From an uncultured virus (IMG/VR IMGVR_UViG_3300008113_000179) (lineage: Duplodnaviria; Heunggongvirae; Uroviricota; Caudoviricetes): a stretch of 64,000 nucleotides of DNA. The notes beneath the pieces were generated by a model, which searched no databases, had not been told where the DNA came from, and saw nothing but the letters and a program-made list of their open reading frames with translations. Made by a program: the position numbers and the translations under genes. The stretch is from IMG/VR virus record IMGVR_UViG_3300008113_000179. One strand, given 5' to 3'. Shown here piece after piece: positions 19,680 through 30,008 of this stretch (position 1 is its first letter; each line of letters begins with the position of its first letter).

Positions 19680-21200
19680 TTATGCTGGATTTAAATCAAA
19701 TCTCCAGTATCCGGCTTTGTACTCGCCTTCAAATGAGCGAAGCCATTGACCATCTTCCCATTTGTATTGTACGCTGGTTTTAAGATTGGTAATATAGTAT
19801 ATTCCTGTAACAGTATCCGGATCAAAAATAGTTATCCATTTACCGTTACTCCATTCAATAATAGAATTATTTTTAATTACAGCATCAGTTCCGTCCTGAT
19901 TTTTCCATGCGTCGGGGCCGTCGTATGCATCACCACTACTGCCGTCAGTAGGATCTTGACCATAAATCATCACTCCTCCGGTATTTTCACTAATGTTAAC
20001 ATCGTCTAATACCAAGAATCTTGGAGGATTTGACAATGCATTAATTGCAGAGTACCCGCCAAGTTTTTCTAAAGGATTATACTTGTAAGGATCGATAATT
20101 GCATCAACATATGTTTTAGTATTAATAATAGAGTTTGAAGGCTTATCGGTAATAGTAACAACCAGCATCGAAGGGTCTAAGGGATTGATCACACAAGTTC
20201 CACGAATTTCACTACCATCCGGTTGAGTAAAATATACCATACTTAATCCAGGAACAAAACTTTCTTGTTGATCAAACAACATACTCCAGTCGAATTGTTT
20301 TCCTAGTTTTGTAGGAGGTTCAACACCGAGAACACGAACAGCTTCGTTAGCATTAATTACAGATAAGTTATAGTCATTAGGTTGACCATTATTAGCAGAT
20401 AATAATAACACTCCATAGTTGTTCATTGTAAATTTAAATTGTATATCAACATTACCAATGTCGATCAATATATCGTCAAGATTTTTTACATCACCGGCTT
20501 GATTATATATGTTTGCAATAATAGTTTTAACAACTCCAAGCCTTTTAACTTTAGCAGGGGGCGTAACATATATTGGCATGTTAAATTCCATTGAGCAAAT
20601 ATCAATATCAGACTCTGATCCTTGTGGAATTGTTCTAGAACTAAATTGAAGATTTTTAAGATTAATTACGCTAAGACTGGTCCAATCTAAAAAGTTATCT
20701 GTAGTTTGAATTTCAAAACTGGGATTAAAAAATACTAAAATTTGTTCAAGTAGTTGTAATTTTTGATCAGTGTTTGAAGTCCATAAATCTGCTTTCATTG
20801 TTAGCATGAACGGCGTAGGCATCATGCGTTCAACAGTATAGCTACCTCCTTGTACATTTTTGTAAACTGGCGTTCCACGCAGGTGTACTTCTGGATAATC
20901 GTTTGGATAGTACTCTTCGTAATCGCGTTCTCTAATGTTGACTTTGCTAACAAAAGTTGATGCTGCAAGCCTTGCAGTGTCCATTTCGAGTCCAGTGATA
21001 TAGCAAGAAATTTTAGGAACAGTCATCATTTTATTTTCTGAGTTGTCCTTGATAATAGCAGCTACTTGTCTGGACAAATCGCCATAGGTTACTGGCAGGG
21101 TTTTTTGTGTTCCGTCACCTGCTTGATATTTAAAACCTATAAAAAAACGCATAAACTGTGTTACGTAGCGTCTTATTTGTCCGTCATAAAAATAATCCAT
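19680..21200 (-). CDS. gp15: Tail sheath stabiliser/tail completion protein (T4 gp15-like) with C-terminal extension
   Basis: YFYDGQIRRY..QF.R.F, PVTYG, P.PF.L...LW....Q.LQ.LEQIL..F.P motifs; next to neck genes. Confidence 0.8.
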   Translation of the reverse strand: MDYFYDGQIRRYVTQFMRFFIGFKYQAGDGTQKTLPVTYGDLSRQVAAIIKDNSENKMMTVPKISCYITGLEMDTARLAASTFVSKVNIRERDYEEYYPNDYPEVHLRGTPVYKNVQGGSYTVERMMPTPFMLTMKADLWTSNTDQKLQLLEQILVFFNPSFEIQTTDNFLDWTSLSVINLKNLQFSSRTIPQGSESDIDICSMEFNMPIYVTPPAKVKRLGVVKTIIANIYNQAGDVKNLDDILIDIGNVDIQFKFTMNNYGVLLLSANNGQPNDYNLSVINANEAVRVLGVEPPTKLGKQFDWSMLFDQQESFVPGLSMVYFTQPDGSEIRGTCVINPLDPSMLVVTITDKPSNSIINTKTYVDAIIDPYKYNPLEKLGGYSAINALSNPPRFLVLDDVNISENTGGVMIYGQDPTDGSSGDAYDGPDAWKNQDGTDAVIKNNSIIEWSNGKWITIFDPDTVTGIYYITNLKTSVQYKWEDGQWLRSFEGEYKAGYWRFDLNPA

Positions 21201-22480
21201 TAATCGTCCGCCTTTGGTCTAAGAGCCTTACTTAGACTTTGTTTTTCTTTAACATCTTTATTATGTATCTTAGTTACTGTAGGGTTGTTAATAAAACCAG
21301 CCAATTGTGTTTGACGAACTTCTTTACCCTCAAAGGTAGCATCAACTCCTACATCGCTAGCACCTAGGTTGTTCATAGTCATACGTACATTGTCCTCAAA
21401 TTTAATCCAACGTGTTCCGCTGAACCTAAAAAGTCGCTGTGGTTTAAAATCTGTTCTTAAATGGAATTGGCCTTCGGCAGGTGTTACAGGGAATGCAATA
21501 CCAGAACTAAATGGTATTCCATTCGGTGGTATTCCGTCACCAACGTTAACATTGCCATAATGATATTGATTTTTATCTGGACTTAACAGTACAGTACTTG
21601 CTGTAGATCCAACATATACAGGATCTCCGTTATCGTCAACTAGTAAATTTCCGTTTTCGTCTCGTGCTTGCGTTTCCAGTGATGCTAATAATGTATTATT
21701 ATCAGCAGAAACAACATCAGGGGTACCAGTATCTGGATTTACTCTTACAGTATAAAATTGTGTTGTATCGTATCCACTCTTTGGAGCATCGGCTTCTGCT
21801 TGATCAAGAACTGCTTGAGTAATTTGCATTTCTTTTTCATACGTTGACATAATATCACGTAATGTTGTATCAGTAGGATTGCCATTGGCATCTGTTTGTA
21901 TACCATCTAATATATCTTTAAATTCTTGACTATCGACTAGCGGTTTACATTTTGCACGATATAGGTGTGGATACCAAGTTACTGAAAAACCTTCTGCTGC
22001 GCGACTGACTTCTTCAATCACAAAGAATCGTTTTAGTGCAAATTGTAAATCATTTAATGCGTGGTCGTCTTTTAAGTGTGGCAATTCAATTACATCACCT
22101 GCCATAATTTTACGACCTATTTTTTCTACAGTATCGTTTATATGAAACGTTAAAAATACTGTATCGTTTTGTAAAAATAATCCAAACTGACTTAGATTAA
22201 AATCTATATCTTGTAGATTGTACACCCCTCGTAATTGGTAGATATCTGGATCATACTTGCGATCTCGATTTTCTAGAAATAACACATCTTGTATTCCTAG
22301 CTCTGGAATTGCATTATTGCTTAATCTATTGATAGGATCTGTAGAATTAGTATCGCCCGGCCCGATATATTTGTGAACCAGTACATCTGTACCACCAACC
22401 TGGAACATTTCCCAAACGGTTTTATCGATGAATTTGTAGTCGTTGCCCTTTTCGGGCCTATAAAGAGAGAGTCTTGGCAT
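21200..22480 (-). CDS. gp14: Neck protein (T4 gp14-like); start reassigned to ATG at 22480 (MPRLSL)
   Basis: DVLFLENRDRKY, LSQFGLFL, GDVIELP motifs; divergent from gp13; longer upstream extension would overlap gp13. Confidence 0.7.
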   Translation of the reverse strand: MPRLSLYRPEKGNDYKFIDKTVWEMFQVGGTDVLVHKYIGPGDTNSTDPINRLSNNAIPELGIQDVLFLENRDRKYDPDIYQLRGVYNLQDIDFNLSQFGLFLQNDTVFLTFHINDTVEKIGRKIMAGDVIELPHLKDDHALNDLQFALKRFFVIEEVSRAAEGFSVTWYPHLYRAKCKPLVDSQEFKDILDGIQTDANGNPTDTTLRDIMSTYEKEMQITQAVLDQAEADAPKSGYDTTQFYTVRVNPDTGTPDVVSADNNTLLASLETQARDENGNLLVDDNGDPVYVGSTASTVLLSPDKNQYHYGNVNVGDGIPPNGIPFSSGIAFPVTPAEGQFHLRTDFKPQRLFRFSGTRWIKFEDNVRMTMNNLGASDVGVDATFEGKEVRQTQLAGFINNPTVTKIHNKDVKEKQSLSKALRPKADD

Positions 22481-22487
22481 AGTCATA

Positions 22488-22508
22488 TATTTACCGCTAC
22501 GATAAATA
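22488..22508. promoter_or_regulatory. Back-to-back late promoters between gp14 and gp13
   Basis: TATTTA (22488-22493, TAAATA on minus) and TAAATA (22503-22508) in a 33-nt gap. Confidence 0.7.
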
Positions 22509-22513
22509 ACAGT

Positions 22514-23272
22514 ATGAGCCAAAACGATCAAGTAAAACAAGAGGTTTATAACTACTGTAAAGCCATGCTGGGCGACGGCATGATCGATATTGAGTTAGAC
22601 CCTATACACTACGAAACTGCACTGAATCGTGCATTAGCAGTATTTCGCCAGCGTTCGGACAATGCTGTAGAAGAAAGTTATGCGTTTTTAACCATTAAGG
22701 TTGATCAAAACGAATATATTCTTCCCAAGGAAATCCAACAGGTACGTCAAATTTTTAGACGCAGCATTGGATCTAGAAGTGGTGGCGGAAACGGCGGCAC
22801 AGTGTTTGAACCTTTTAACATGGCCTATACCAATACCTATTTGTTAAATTCTACAAACATGGGCGGCCTACTAACTTATGAATTATTTGCTCAGTATCAA
22901 GAATTAGTGGGCAAGATGTTTGGATCATTTATTAACTTTGCTTGGAATCCGCAAAGCCGCAAACTTATTATTCAACAGCGGCCTCGGTCCGACGAAAGCG
23001 TAATGCTTTGGATTTATAACACTCGTCCCGACAGTGCAATCATTGAAGATACTTACGCAGGACAGTGGATCAAAGATTACACTTTAGCTAACTGTAAAAT
23101 AATGTTAGGCCAAGCTCGAGAAAAATTTGCTCAGATTGCAGGTCCGCAGGGCGGAAGCAGCCTCAATGGATCAGCAATGAAAACCGAGGGGCAAGCAGAA
23201 ATAGATAAATTAACCGAGGACCTAATGAAGAGTGTTTCAGGCGGTATTGGTTACACATTCGTAACTGGATAA
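22514..23272 (+). CDS. gp13: Neck protein (T4 gp13-like); start reassigned to ATG at 22514
   Basis: LG...IDIEL, WIKDY.LA..K..LG..R.KF...GP.GG..LNG motifs. Confidence 0.85.
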   Translation: MSQNDQVKQEVYNYCKAMLGDGMIDIELDPIHYETALNRALAVFRQRSDNAVEESYAFLTIKVDQNEYILPKEIQQVRQIFRRSIGSRSGGGNGGTVFEPFNMAYTNTYLLNSTNMGGLLTYELFAQYQELVGKMFGSFINFAWNPQSRKLIIQQRPRSDESVMLWIYNTRPDSAIIEDTYAGQWIKDYTLANCKIMLGQAREKFAQIAGPQGGSSLNGSAMKTEGQAEIDKLTEDLMKSVSGGIGYTFVTG

Positions 23273-23287
23273 ATCGACTAAAATTCT

Positions 23288-23316
23288 TTGACTTTTTAGA
23301 TAATCTATATTATAAT
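23288..23316 (+). promoter_or_regulatory. sigma70-like early promoter
   Basis: TTGACT-17 nt-TATAAT, followed by AGGAG SD and the kinase start. Confidence 0.8.
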
Positions 23317-23335
23317 GTCTATATAGGAGACATTT

Positions 23336-23989
23336 ATGATCATAGGTATTTGCGGTTTTATTGGTTCAGGCAAAGACACAGTTGCGGACTATCTAGTAAA
23401 CTTCCACGAATTTAGACGAGAGAGTTTTGCATCTACATTAAAAGATGCAGTTTCTTCAGTATTCGGTTGGGACAGAACCATGCTTGAAGGGCGCACTAAA
23501 GAAGCTCGCGAGTGGCGAGAGCAAGTTGATCCGTGGTGGGCAGCACGGTTAGACATGCCAACACTAACTCCTAGATGGGTGCTGCAATACTGGGGTACTG
23601 AAGTTTGCCGTAAAGCATTCCATGACGATATATGGATTGCAAGTTTAGAAAACAAAATTCGTACAAGCAAGGATCACGTGGTTATATCAGACTGTCGATT
23701 TCCAAATGAAATACTAAGCATTCGAAATGCAGGTGGCCAAATTTTATGGGTTCAGCGTGGTGAATTACCTGATTGGTATGACGTAGCAATAGACGCAAAC
23801 AGAGGCATGAATATTGCAATTAACGAACTTAGGATGCGTAAAATACATGCCAGTGAAACTGCATGGGTTGGAACAGAATTTGATGCTGTGTTAGATAATA
23901 ACGGTACCATCGATGAACTGTATAATCAAACTAAATTAATAGTCAGCAATGAGATCGCCCTGACGCCAAGTAACTCCGCTTTTAGCTAG
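23336..23989 (+). CDS. gp1: Deoxynucleoside monophosphate kinase (T4 gp1-like)
   Basis: P-loop GICGFIGSGKDT, SFA..LKD, TPR..LQ..GTE..R, VISDCRFPNE, HASE. Confidence 0.92.
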   Translation: MIIGICGFIGSGKDTVADYLVNFHEFRRESFASTLKDAVSSVFGWDRTMLEGRTKEAREWREQVDPWWAARLDMPTLTPRWVLQYWGTEVCRKAFHDDIWIASLENKIRTSKDHVVISDCRFPNEILSIRNAGGQILWVQRGELPDWYDVAIDANRGMNIAINELRMRKIHASETAWVGTEFDAVLDNNGTIDELYNQTKLIVSNEIALTPSNSAFS

Positions 23990-24271
23990 TATTTGAGAGC
24001 AGTTGGCACATACTGTTTTCAAATTGTTATGACGACAATTATCAAGATTACCGTCTATATGAAATACTCTAAATACTTCTTTGTGAGTTGACTTAAACCC
24101 GCATTTATCGCATTGTGCCTTTATTTGATACCCTGCTCTAACCCAGCGGGGTATTCTATGATTTAGTCCGTGAGACATACAGATTTCGCAGAGTTTTCTA
24201 TAGTAAACTCTATCATTTTTTTTATAATTTACAGCTCTAGGTCGCTGTCCGCACTTACAAATAGGTCTCAT
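23936..24271 (-). CDS. Zn-binding HNH-family protein
   Basis: CxC/CxxC pairs and HIDGNLDN...NL..VCANC; TAAATA 5 nt upstream of ATG. Confidence 0.7.
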   Translation of the reverse strand: MRPICKCGQRPRAVNYKKNDRVYYRKLCEICMSHGLNHRIPRWVRAGYQIKAQCDKCGFKSTHKEVFRVFHIDGNLDNCRHNNLKTVCANCSQILAKSGVTWRQGDLIADY

Positions 24272-24276
24272 AAAAC

Positions 24277-24344
24277 TATTTACACCTTTTTCTCCCCTTT
24301 TTCATACTGGTTAACTACCAATTTTTATTATAAACCGCTAAATA
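24277..24344. promoter_or_regulatory. Divergent late promoter cores for HNH (minus) and tail sheath (plus)
   Basis: TATTTA at 24277-24282 and TAAATA at 24339-24344; AGGAG SD before the sheath. Confidence 0.6.
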
Positions 24345-24377
24345 CTTTGAGCAAACTATTACCAGGAGAATAGGTAC

Positions 24378-27300
24378 ATGGCGACATTACAATCCCCAGG
24401 CGTAGCCGTAACAGTCATTGACGAGAGTTTTTATACACCAGCTGAACCTGGTACAACTCCGTTAATCGTGTTAGCTACCCAAATGAATAAAACGAACGGT
24501 GCAGGTACTGCAACAGCAGCAGGCACTATTCAATCAGCAATTGGCACAGCATTTAAGATGACTAGCCAGAAAGAACTTGTGGACACATTTGGTGTTCCGT
24601 TCTTTGAAAAGACAGCCAGCGGATCTCCCGTACATGGCAGTGAATTAAATGAGTATGGTCTACTGGCAGCGTATAGCTACTTAGGTTCATCAAATTCTGC
24701 AATTATTGTTCGCGCTGACGTGGACTTAGCCGAGTTAACTCCAACATCAGCCGCCCCGGGAGCAGAACCAACAGACGGCCAATGGTGGTTAGATACTACT
24801 AATTCAACATGGGGCATTCAAGAATGGAATAGCTCATTAGTTGCAGACGGTGGACAAAAATTCACAACAAAAACTCCATTGGTATTAACTGATAGCGATT
24901 CACTTGTTAAAGTTGAAGCTAGCAGTGACTACGGTCGTGCTCCAAAAGCATCCGTCGGTTCCATTGGCGACTATGCAGTTTTATTTGAAACTGTATTTGG
25001 TTCAGGCGATTACATTTCTTCAAAAGAAGAAGCTAGATTTTTTTACAAATCTCCAGGAAATGCTGGCGGTGGCGTTCTTCCAGGTGCTTGGGTACTAGTT
25101 GGTAGCCCAGAATGGTGTTTAAGTCATCCAGCACTAGTATCAGGCAGTTTTACAACTGTAACTGGTTCATTCAAAATCAACGGAACACTAGTTACTTTGT
25201 CTAGTGCAACTCCGCTTCAAGTTAAAAATGCAATTATCAGTGCAGCCATTCCCGGAGTAACAGCAACGTTTACTGCTGGTACAACAGGTAAAGTATACAT
25301 TTATTCAGATGGTGCAACAGAAGGTGCCGGCGACTCTACAAAGAGCGGTGCAATTGTTATCAGTGACACTACATTAAGTGCTAGTGGTTTTACAAACGGC
25401 ACATATTTACAGCCAAAATTAACATTGGCTCCACACACTCAAGTGCCATTGTACAAGAGAGTAGACACAGCTACTTCAGGAACATTTGGTAATGCCTTAG
25501 CTGGTTTCCCAACAGGATCTGTATGGATCAAGACTACAGAACAAGGCAACGGGTCACGTTGGAGAGCCAAGCGATATAACTCTGCAACTAAATCTTGGAT
25601 TACATATTCAGCACCATTGTATGCAACTGGTAGTTCAGCATTGTATTATCTAGATCGTACAGGCGGGGGCAAAAATATTGCACTAGATTCTGTATATGTA
25701 CAATACAACAGCGATGAGCAGTTTAGCTATGCAACACCGGACAGCAATGGTGATGCGTTAGATGCAACTTTAAATTCAGCAACTTTCCGTGTATTCCGCA
25801 GAGTAGGTACAGGCAACACAGTTATTACATCTTCTGTAATGAGCCTTACTAATAATGCAGGTTCTGGTGTTAAGACTTTTACTATTAAAGAATCTATAAC
25901 AAGTTCAGAAGATCTAAGTGCAGCGTATACAGTAACAACAGCTTCATTGAATAGTAACAAAGATGATGCTGTTTTAATTGCTTCTGCAATCAATGCTGCT
26001 GGGTTAACTAACATTGAAGCTAGTGTAACAGCAGATTACGAATTACAAATTTATCATAAGAAAGGTGGTGATTTTAGATTAACTGATGTAACCGGAACAG
26101 TTATTGCTGATTTGTTTACTCCATTAGCATACACAGCCGGTCAGTGGTCAGGATCAGCTAATTTCTACACATCAGCAGCTGGCGCACCTGAAGATTTTGT
26201 TGCAACACAATGGCAACCACTGTCAATTGTTGGATTTACTGCATCTGCAAGTGCTCCATTAAATGAGCCATCAGATGGTCAGTTATGGTATAACAACAAT
26301 TTCTCAGAAATTGACATCATGGTTCACAATGGCTCAACTTGGAAGGGATATAAAACTGTATTTGCAACCACAGATGCATTTGGTCCGGTAGTTAGTGCGT
26401 CAAGACCAACTGCAAGACCAGACGGTAGCGGCGATTTTGTAACTGGCGATTTATGGATCAGCACTGCTGATATGGAAAATTTTCCAACTATCTATCGTTA
26501 CAATAACGAATTAACTGGTGTTACCAACAAAGCATTACGTTGGGTACTAGTTGATAAAACAGATCAAACTACTGAAGAAGGCGTTGTGTTTGCTGACGCT
26601 CGTGCAGGCACTAGTGGCGGTACAGTAACATCTGCACCAAGCGGATCTATCCAAGAACTACTATCAAGCAATTTCTTAGATACAGATGCACCAGATCCAG
26701 CACTGTATCCAAAAGGCATGTTGTTATGGAATCTACGTCGCTCAGGTGGTAACGTTAAGAAATACAACAATAACTATATTGATACAACAGCAGATAACGT
26801 TCGAATGGCTAATGTAGGCATGAGCACATACTGGCCAGATCGCTGGTCTACTGCTTCTCCTAACCAAGAAGATGGTTCAGGTAGCTTCGGACGCAAAGCG
26901 CAACGTGCAGTTATTGTTGCAGCAATGAAATCTACAATCGATACAAACTTACAAATTCGTGATACAGAACGTAGAAACTTTAATTTAAGTTCTGCTCCTG
27001 GTTATCCAGAAGTTTATGGTAACTTGGTTAACTTAAACATTGATCGCGGATTAACTTCGTTTGTTATTGCTGATACTCCATTACGCTTAGAATCTGATGC
27101 AACATCATTAAGCAACTGGGGAAGCAACGCAGCAGGTGTTACTGATAACGGTGATGCTGGTGTTGTTACATACGACGAATACTCAGCAATGTATTATCCT
27201 AACGGATTTACAACTGACTTAGGCGGCACAACTGCTGTTGTTCCAGCATCACACATGATGTTGAAAACAATTGCAATTAGCGATCAAGTTAGCTATCCAT

Positions 27301-27824
27301 GGTTTGCACCAGCTGGTACAAGACGCGGTGGTATTGTTAATGCAACGTCAGTTGGATACCTAGACGGTATGACCGGTGAGTTTATAACAGTTGCTCTAAA
27401 CGAAGGTCAACGTGATACACTATATGATTTAAAAATCAATCCAATTCCATTCTTTGTTGGTGTTGGTAACGTGGCATTTGGCCAGAAAACTCGTGCAAGA
27501 AATGCTTCAGCATTAGACAGAATTAACGTAGCACGTTTAGTTGTTTACTTACGTAGTCAATTAAACAAACTTGCTCGTCCGTATATCTTTGAACCAAATG
27601 ACAAGATTACACGTGACGAAATTAAAGGTGCTGTAGAAAGTCTATTGTTAGAATTGGTAGGTTTAAGAGCTATCTATGACTTCGCTGTTGTTTGCGACGA
27701 GTCTAACAATTTACCATCAACAATTGATCGTAATGAATTGTATGTTGATATTGCAATTACACCTGTAAAAGCAGTAGAGTTTATCTACATTCCATTACGT
27801 GTCAAGAATACAGGAGAGATTTAA
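24378..27824 (+). CDS. gp18: Tail sheath protein, enlarged (1148 aa)
   Basis: LQSPGVAVTVIDES start; PWFAPAG..RG, LY..KINPI, GQKT, ALDRINVARL, FEPND, CDESNN, KAVEFIYI. Confidence 0.95.
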   Translation: MATLQSPGVAVTVIDESFYTPAEPGTTPLIVLATQMNKTNGAGTATAAGTIQSAIGTAFKMTSQKELVDTFGVPFFEKTASGSPVHGSELNEYGLLAAYSYLGSSNSAIIVRADVDLAELTPTSAAPGAEPTDGQWWLDTTNSTWGIQEWNSSLVADGGQKFTTKTPLVLTDSDSLVKVEASSDYGRAPKASVGSIGDYAVLFETVFGSGDYISSKEEARFFYKSPGNAGGGVLPGAWVLVGSPEWCLSHPALVSGSFTTVTGSFKINGTLVTLSSATPLQVKNAIISAAIPGVTATFTAGTTGKVYIYSDGATEGAGDSTKSGAIVISDTTLSASGFTNGTYLQPKLTLAPHTQVPLYKRVDTATSGTFGNALAGFPTGSVWIKTTEQGNGSRWRAKRYNSATKSWITYSAPLYATGSSALYYLDRTGGGKNIALDSVYVQYNSDEQFSYATPDSNGDALDATLNSATFRVFRRVGTGNTVITSSVMSLTNNAGSGVKTFTIKESITSSEDLSAAYTVTTASLNSNKDDAVLIASAINAAGLTNIEASVTADYELQIYHKKGGDFRLTDVTGTVIADLFTPLAYTAGQWSGSANFYTSAAGAPEDFVATQWQPLSIVGFTASASAPLNEPSDGQLWYNNNFSEIDIMVHNGSTWKGYKTVFATTDAFGPVVSASRPTARPDGSGDFVTGDLWISTADMENFPTIYRYNNELTGVTNKALRWVLVDKTDQTTEEGVVFADARAGTSGGTVTSAPSGSIQELLSSNFLDTDAPDPALYPKGMLLWNLRRSGGNVKKYNNNYIDTTADNVRMANVGMSTYWPDRWSTASPNQEDGSGSFGRKAQRAVIVAAMKSTIDTNLQIRDTERRNFNLSSAPGYPEVYGNLVNLNIDRGLTSFVIADTPLRLESDATSLSNWGSNAAGVTDNGDAGVVTYDEYSAMYYPNGFTTDLGGTTAVVPASHMMLKTIAISDQVSYPWFAPAGTRRGGIVNATSVGYLDGMTGEFITVALNEGQRDTLYDLKINPIPFFVGVGNVAFGQKTRARNASALDRINVARLVVYLRSQLNKLARPYIFEPNDKITRDEIKGAVESLLLELVGLRAIYDFAVVCDESNNLPSTIDRNELYVDIAITPVKAVEFIYIPLRVKNTGEI

Positions 27825-28466
27825 ATGTCACTAACATCATTAAATAGATTTTCGGTACCAACAGCAGGTGGCGGCAGCAATACATCGCTGTTGATGCCAA
27901 AACTAAAATATCGCTTTAGAGTGAATTTGTTAGGATTTGGAGTTGAATCCAGCGTTGAACTAACCAAACAGGTGCAGGAGGTAACGAGACCAAAAGTTTC
28001 TTTTGAAGAAATGACATTAGATGTTTATAACTCAAAAGTTAAATTAGCGGGCAAGTACTCCTTCGAAAACTTAACATTAACGTTACGAGACGATGCATCT
28101 GGTCAGGTTACTAAAACTGTTGGACAACAAATCCAGAAACAATTTGACTTTATGGAACAAGCATCTGCACGTTCAGGTATCGACTACAAATTTCAAATGA
28201 ACATTGAAATTTTAGACGGCGGCAACGGTAACAACGGTGCTGATGTATTAGAACGTTGGGAAGTTTACGGTGCTTACATTCAAAATGCCGATTACGGTGA
28301 TTTGGCATACAGCAGCAACGAGCACGTAACAGTGGCACTAACAGTTGCATTTGATAACGCTGTTCAGTTCAAAGGTGCTACAGGTGCTGGTACAGATCGT
28401 GGACTTGGTGCAGTGGTTGGACGTACCCTCGGCGAAGCAGTTACTGGACGGTCAGGCGCACAATAA
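27825..28466 (+). CDS. gp19: Tail tube protein
   Basis: Follows the sheath; PKLKYRFRV, KLAGK, E.WE.YGA....DYGDL.Y, ..T..FDNA. Confidence 0.85.
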   Translation: MSLTSLNRFSVPTAGGGSNTSLLMPKLKYRFRVNLLGFGVESSVELTKQVQEVTRPKVSFEEMTLDVYNSKVKLAGKYSFENLTLTLRDDASGQVTKTVGQQIQKQFDFMEQASARSGIDYKFQMNIEILDGGNGNNGADVLERWEVYGAYIQNADYGDLAYSSNEHVTVALTVAFDNAVQFKGATGAGTDRGLGAVVGRTLGEAVTGRSGAQ

Positions 28467-28486
28467 TAATTCGTTTGAATCAAAAG

Positions 28487-28512
28487 AGCCCGGAAATATT
28501 CCGGGTTTTTTT
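28487..28512 (+). terminator. Rho-independent terminator
   Basis: AGCCCGGAA ATA TTCCGGGTT followed by a T run. Confidence 0.85.
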
Positions 28513-28529
28513 GTGGCATAAATATTTGT

Positions 28530-29636
28530 ATGGCAAATAAATTTACACGATTTCTTAAAGGCGTAGGAGATGGTCTACTAACTCCTAAAGGTCAGGTAGC
28601 CAATTGGCAACACGCTACTAGATTGTTTATCGACGATACCATGCGCTTGGCACCACGAACCAAGTTCATGTTCTATGTCCGCTTTGAAATTGATAAAACA
28701 CTTTTAAAAGCACCGCAGTTTACAAATAAACATGCAGACGAAGTAGGATATCTTGTTAAGTCAGCAGACTTACCCAAATTTACTATGGATTCAGTAACCA
28801 AAAATCAATACAATAAGAAACATATTATCTATAAAAACTTTTCTTATGATCCGGTTAATTTAGCATTCCATGATGATAGCCAAGGTATTATGAATGCCCT
28901 GTGGGCGTTATATTTTGGGTACTATTCTGCAGATAGAAATTTGCCAGCGCAGGCATTTTCAAAATCTATTTCAACATATAGAAGTACAAATACCGGATTT
29001 GATAATTTTAGATACGGTCTAGACAATAATAAAAGTTTAGATATGTTTAAATCTATTTCAATCTACACTATGAGTCGTAGACGATTTAATGGATATACTT
29101 TAATAAATCCTAAAATTACTTCGTGGAGTCATGGACAGGTTGCATATGATGCAAATGACTTTTTAGAAAATACTATGACAGTTAATTATGAGTCGGTAAT
29201 TTATAGTTCGGGACAGGTTCAACGAAATAGTCCAACAGGGTTTGCAATGTTGCACTACGACAATACTCCAAGCCCGTTATCAGTAGCAGGCGGCGGTGTG
29301 GCAAATTTATTTGGTCAAGGCGGCGTGTTAGACGGAATGGAAAGTATATTCGGCAACGTCAGTGATGGATCGGCATTTGGAAGCATAGGTGGATTTTTAG
29401 GTACCGCTATCTCGGCAGCTAACACTGTTAAAAATCTTAACAATCTTTCTAAGGAAGGATTAAAGCGAGAAGCAATTAATATTATTAGTAGTCCGGCTGC
29501 AATATTAGGAATTGCAGGATCGGTAGGAGGTATTATTGGTTCAGTGTTTCCAAAGAACACTCAGAATACCAACACAACTCCAGCAACACAAAAAGTAATG
29601 ATAGCGGGCGATGCTGATATAAACGGATTTGCATAA
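28530..29636 (+). CDS. Tube-like baseplate/tail tube initiator protein (gp48/gp54-like)
   Basis: VKSADLPKF, NQYNKK, Y.PV...FHDD, L.NP.I.SW.H tube-fold motifs; position after gp19. Confidence 0.6.
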   Translation: MANKFTRFLKGVGDGLLTPKGQVANWQHATRLFIDDTMRLAPRTKFMFYVRFEIDKTLLKAPQFTNKHADEVGYLVKSADLPKFTMDSVTKNQYNKKHIIYKNFSYDPVNLAFHDDSQGIMNALWALYFGYYSADRNLPAQAFSKSISTYRSTNTGFDNFRYGLDNNKSLDMFKSISIYTMSRRRFNGYTLINPKITSWSHGQVAYDANDFLENTMTVNYESVIYSSGQVQRNSPTGFAMLHYDNTPSPLSVAGGGVANLFGQGGVLDGMESIFGNVSDGSAFGSIGGFLGTAISAANTVKNLNNLSKEGLKREAINIISSPAAILGIAGSVGGIIGSVFPKNTQNTNTTPATQKVMIAGDADINGFA

Positions 29637-30008
29637 ATGAGTAGTAATAGTTTACCCTTAACAACAGTTGCAGATAGCGCACAAGCTACTAAATTATTTT
29701 TTGATCAGTACGGTATTAGCCCGTTAGAATTTTCAGCCAACGAAGTTTCAGCAGCAGTTGGTTTCTTTGAATCAAAAGGATTCAGCACTGACGCGGCATT
29801 AACTACTGCATCAGCAATTTTAAAACAGGCCAAGATAGATGGCATCCCTGTTTTTAAATTGTTAGACACCCTTAAGGGATTTGATAGTTTACAACTATCT
29901 GCACTAGTTAGTGAAATTCTTAACAACAATCGAAAGTCAACATCGACGTTAGGGTTTAGATATTTAAATATACCTAAAACGGAAATTCTAAGAAACATAT
30001 CTCCATAA
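29637..30008 (+). CDS. Hypothetical virion protein
   Basis: 123-aa ORF translationally coupled on both sides. Confidence 0.6.
   Translation: MSSNSLPLTTVADSAQATKLFFDQYGISPLEFSANEVSAAVGFFESKGFSTDAALTTASAILKQAKIDGIPVFKLLDTLKGFDSLQLSALVSEILNNNRKSTSTLGFRYLNIPKTEILRNISP

Noticed and set aside
22373..22540. Overlapping N-terminal extensions of gp13 and gp14 given by the ORF track
   Set aside because: Internal ATGs at 22514 and 22480 sit at late promoter cores and remove the overlap; same logic used for 33948, 38155, 50381, 51258, 54624, 55472, 57583 and 60248
23936..24271. HNH gene as a mobile homing endonuclease
   Set aside because: Very short, has its own late promoter, and no intron or insertion signature; more likely a resident gene
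9872..27824. Recurring D-S/T-x (e.g. DST) sites in virion proteins as glycosylation sequons
   Set aside because: Present but the proteins are Ser/Thr-rich, and I cannot show enrichment without a count against shuffled sequences
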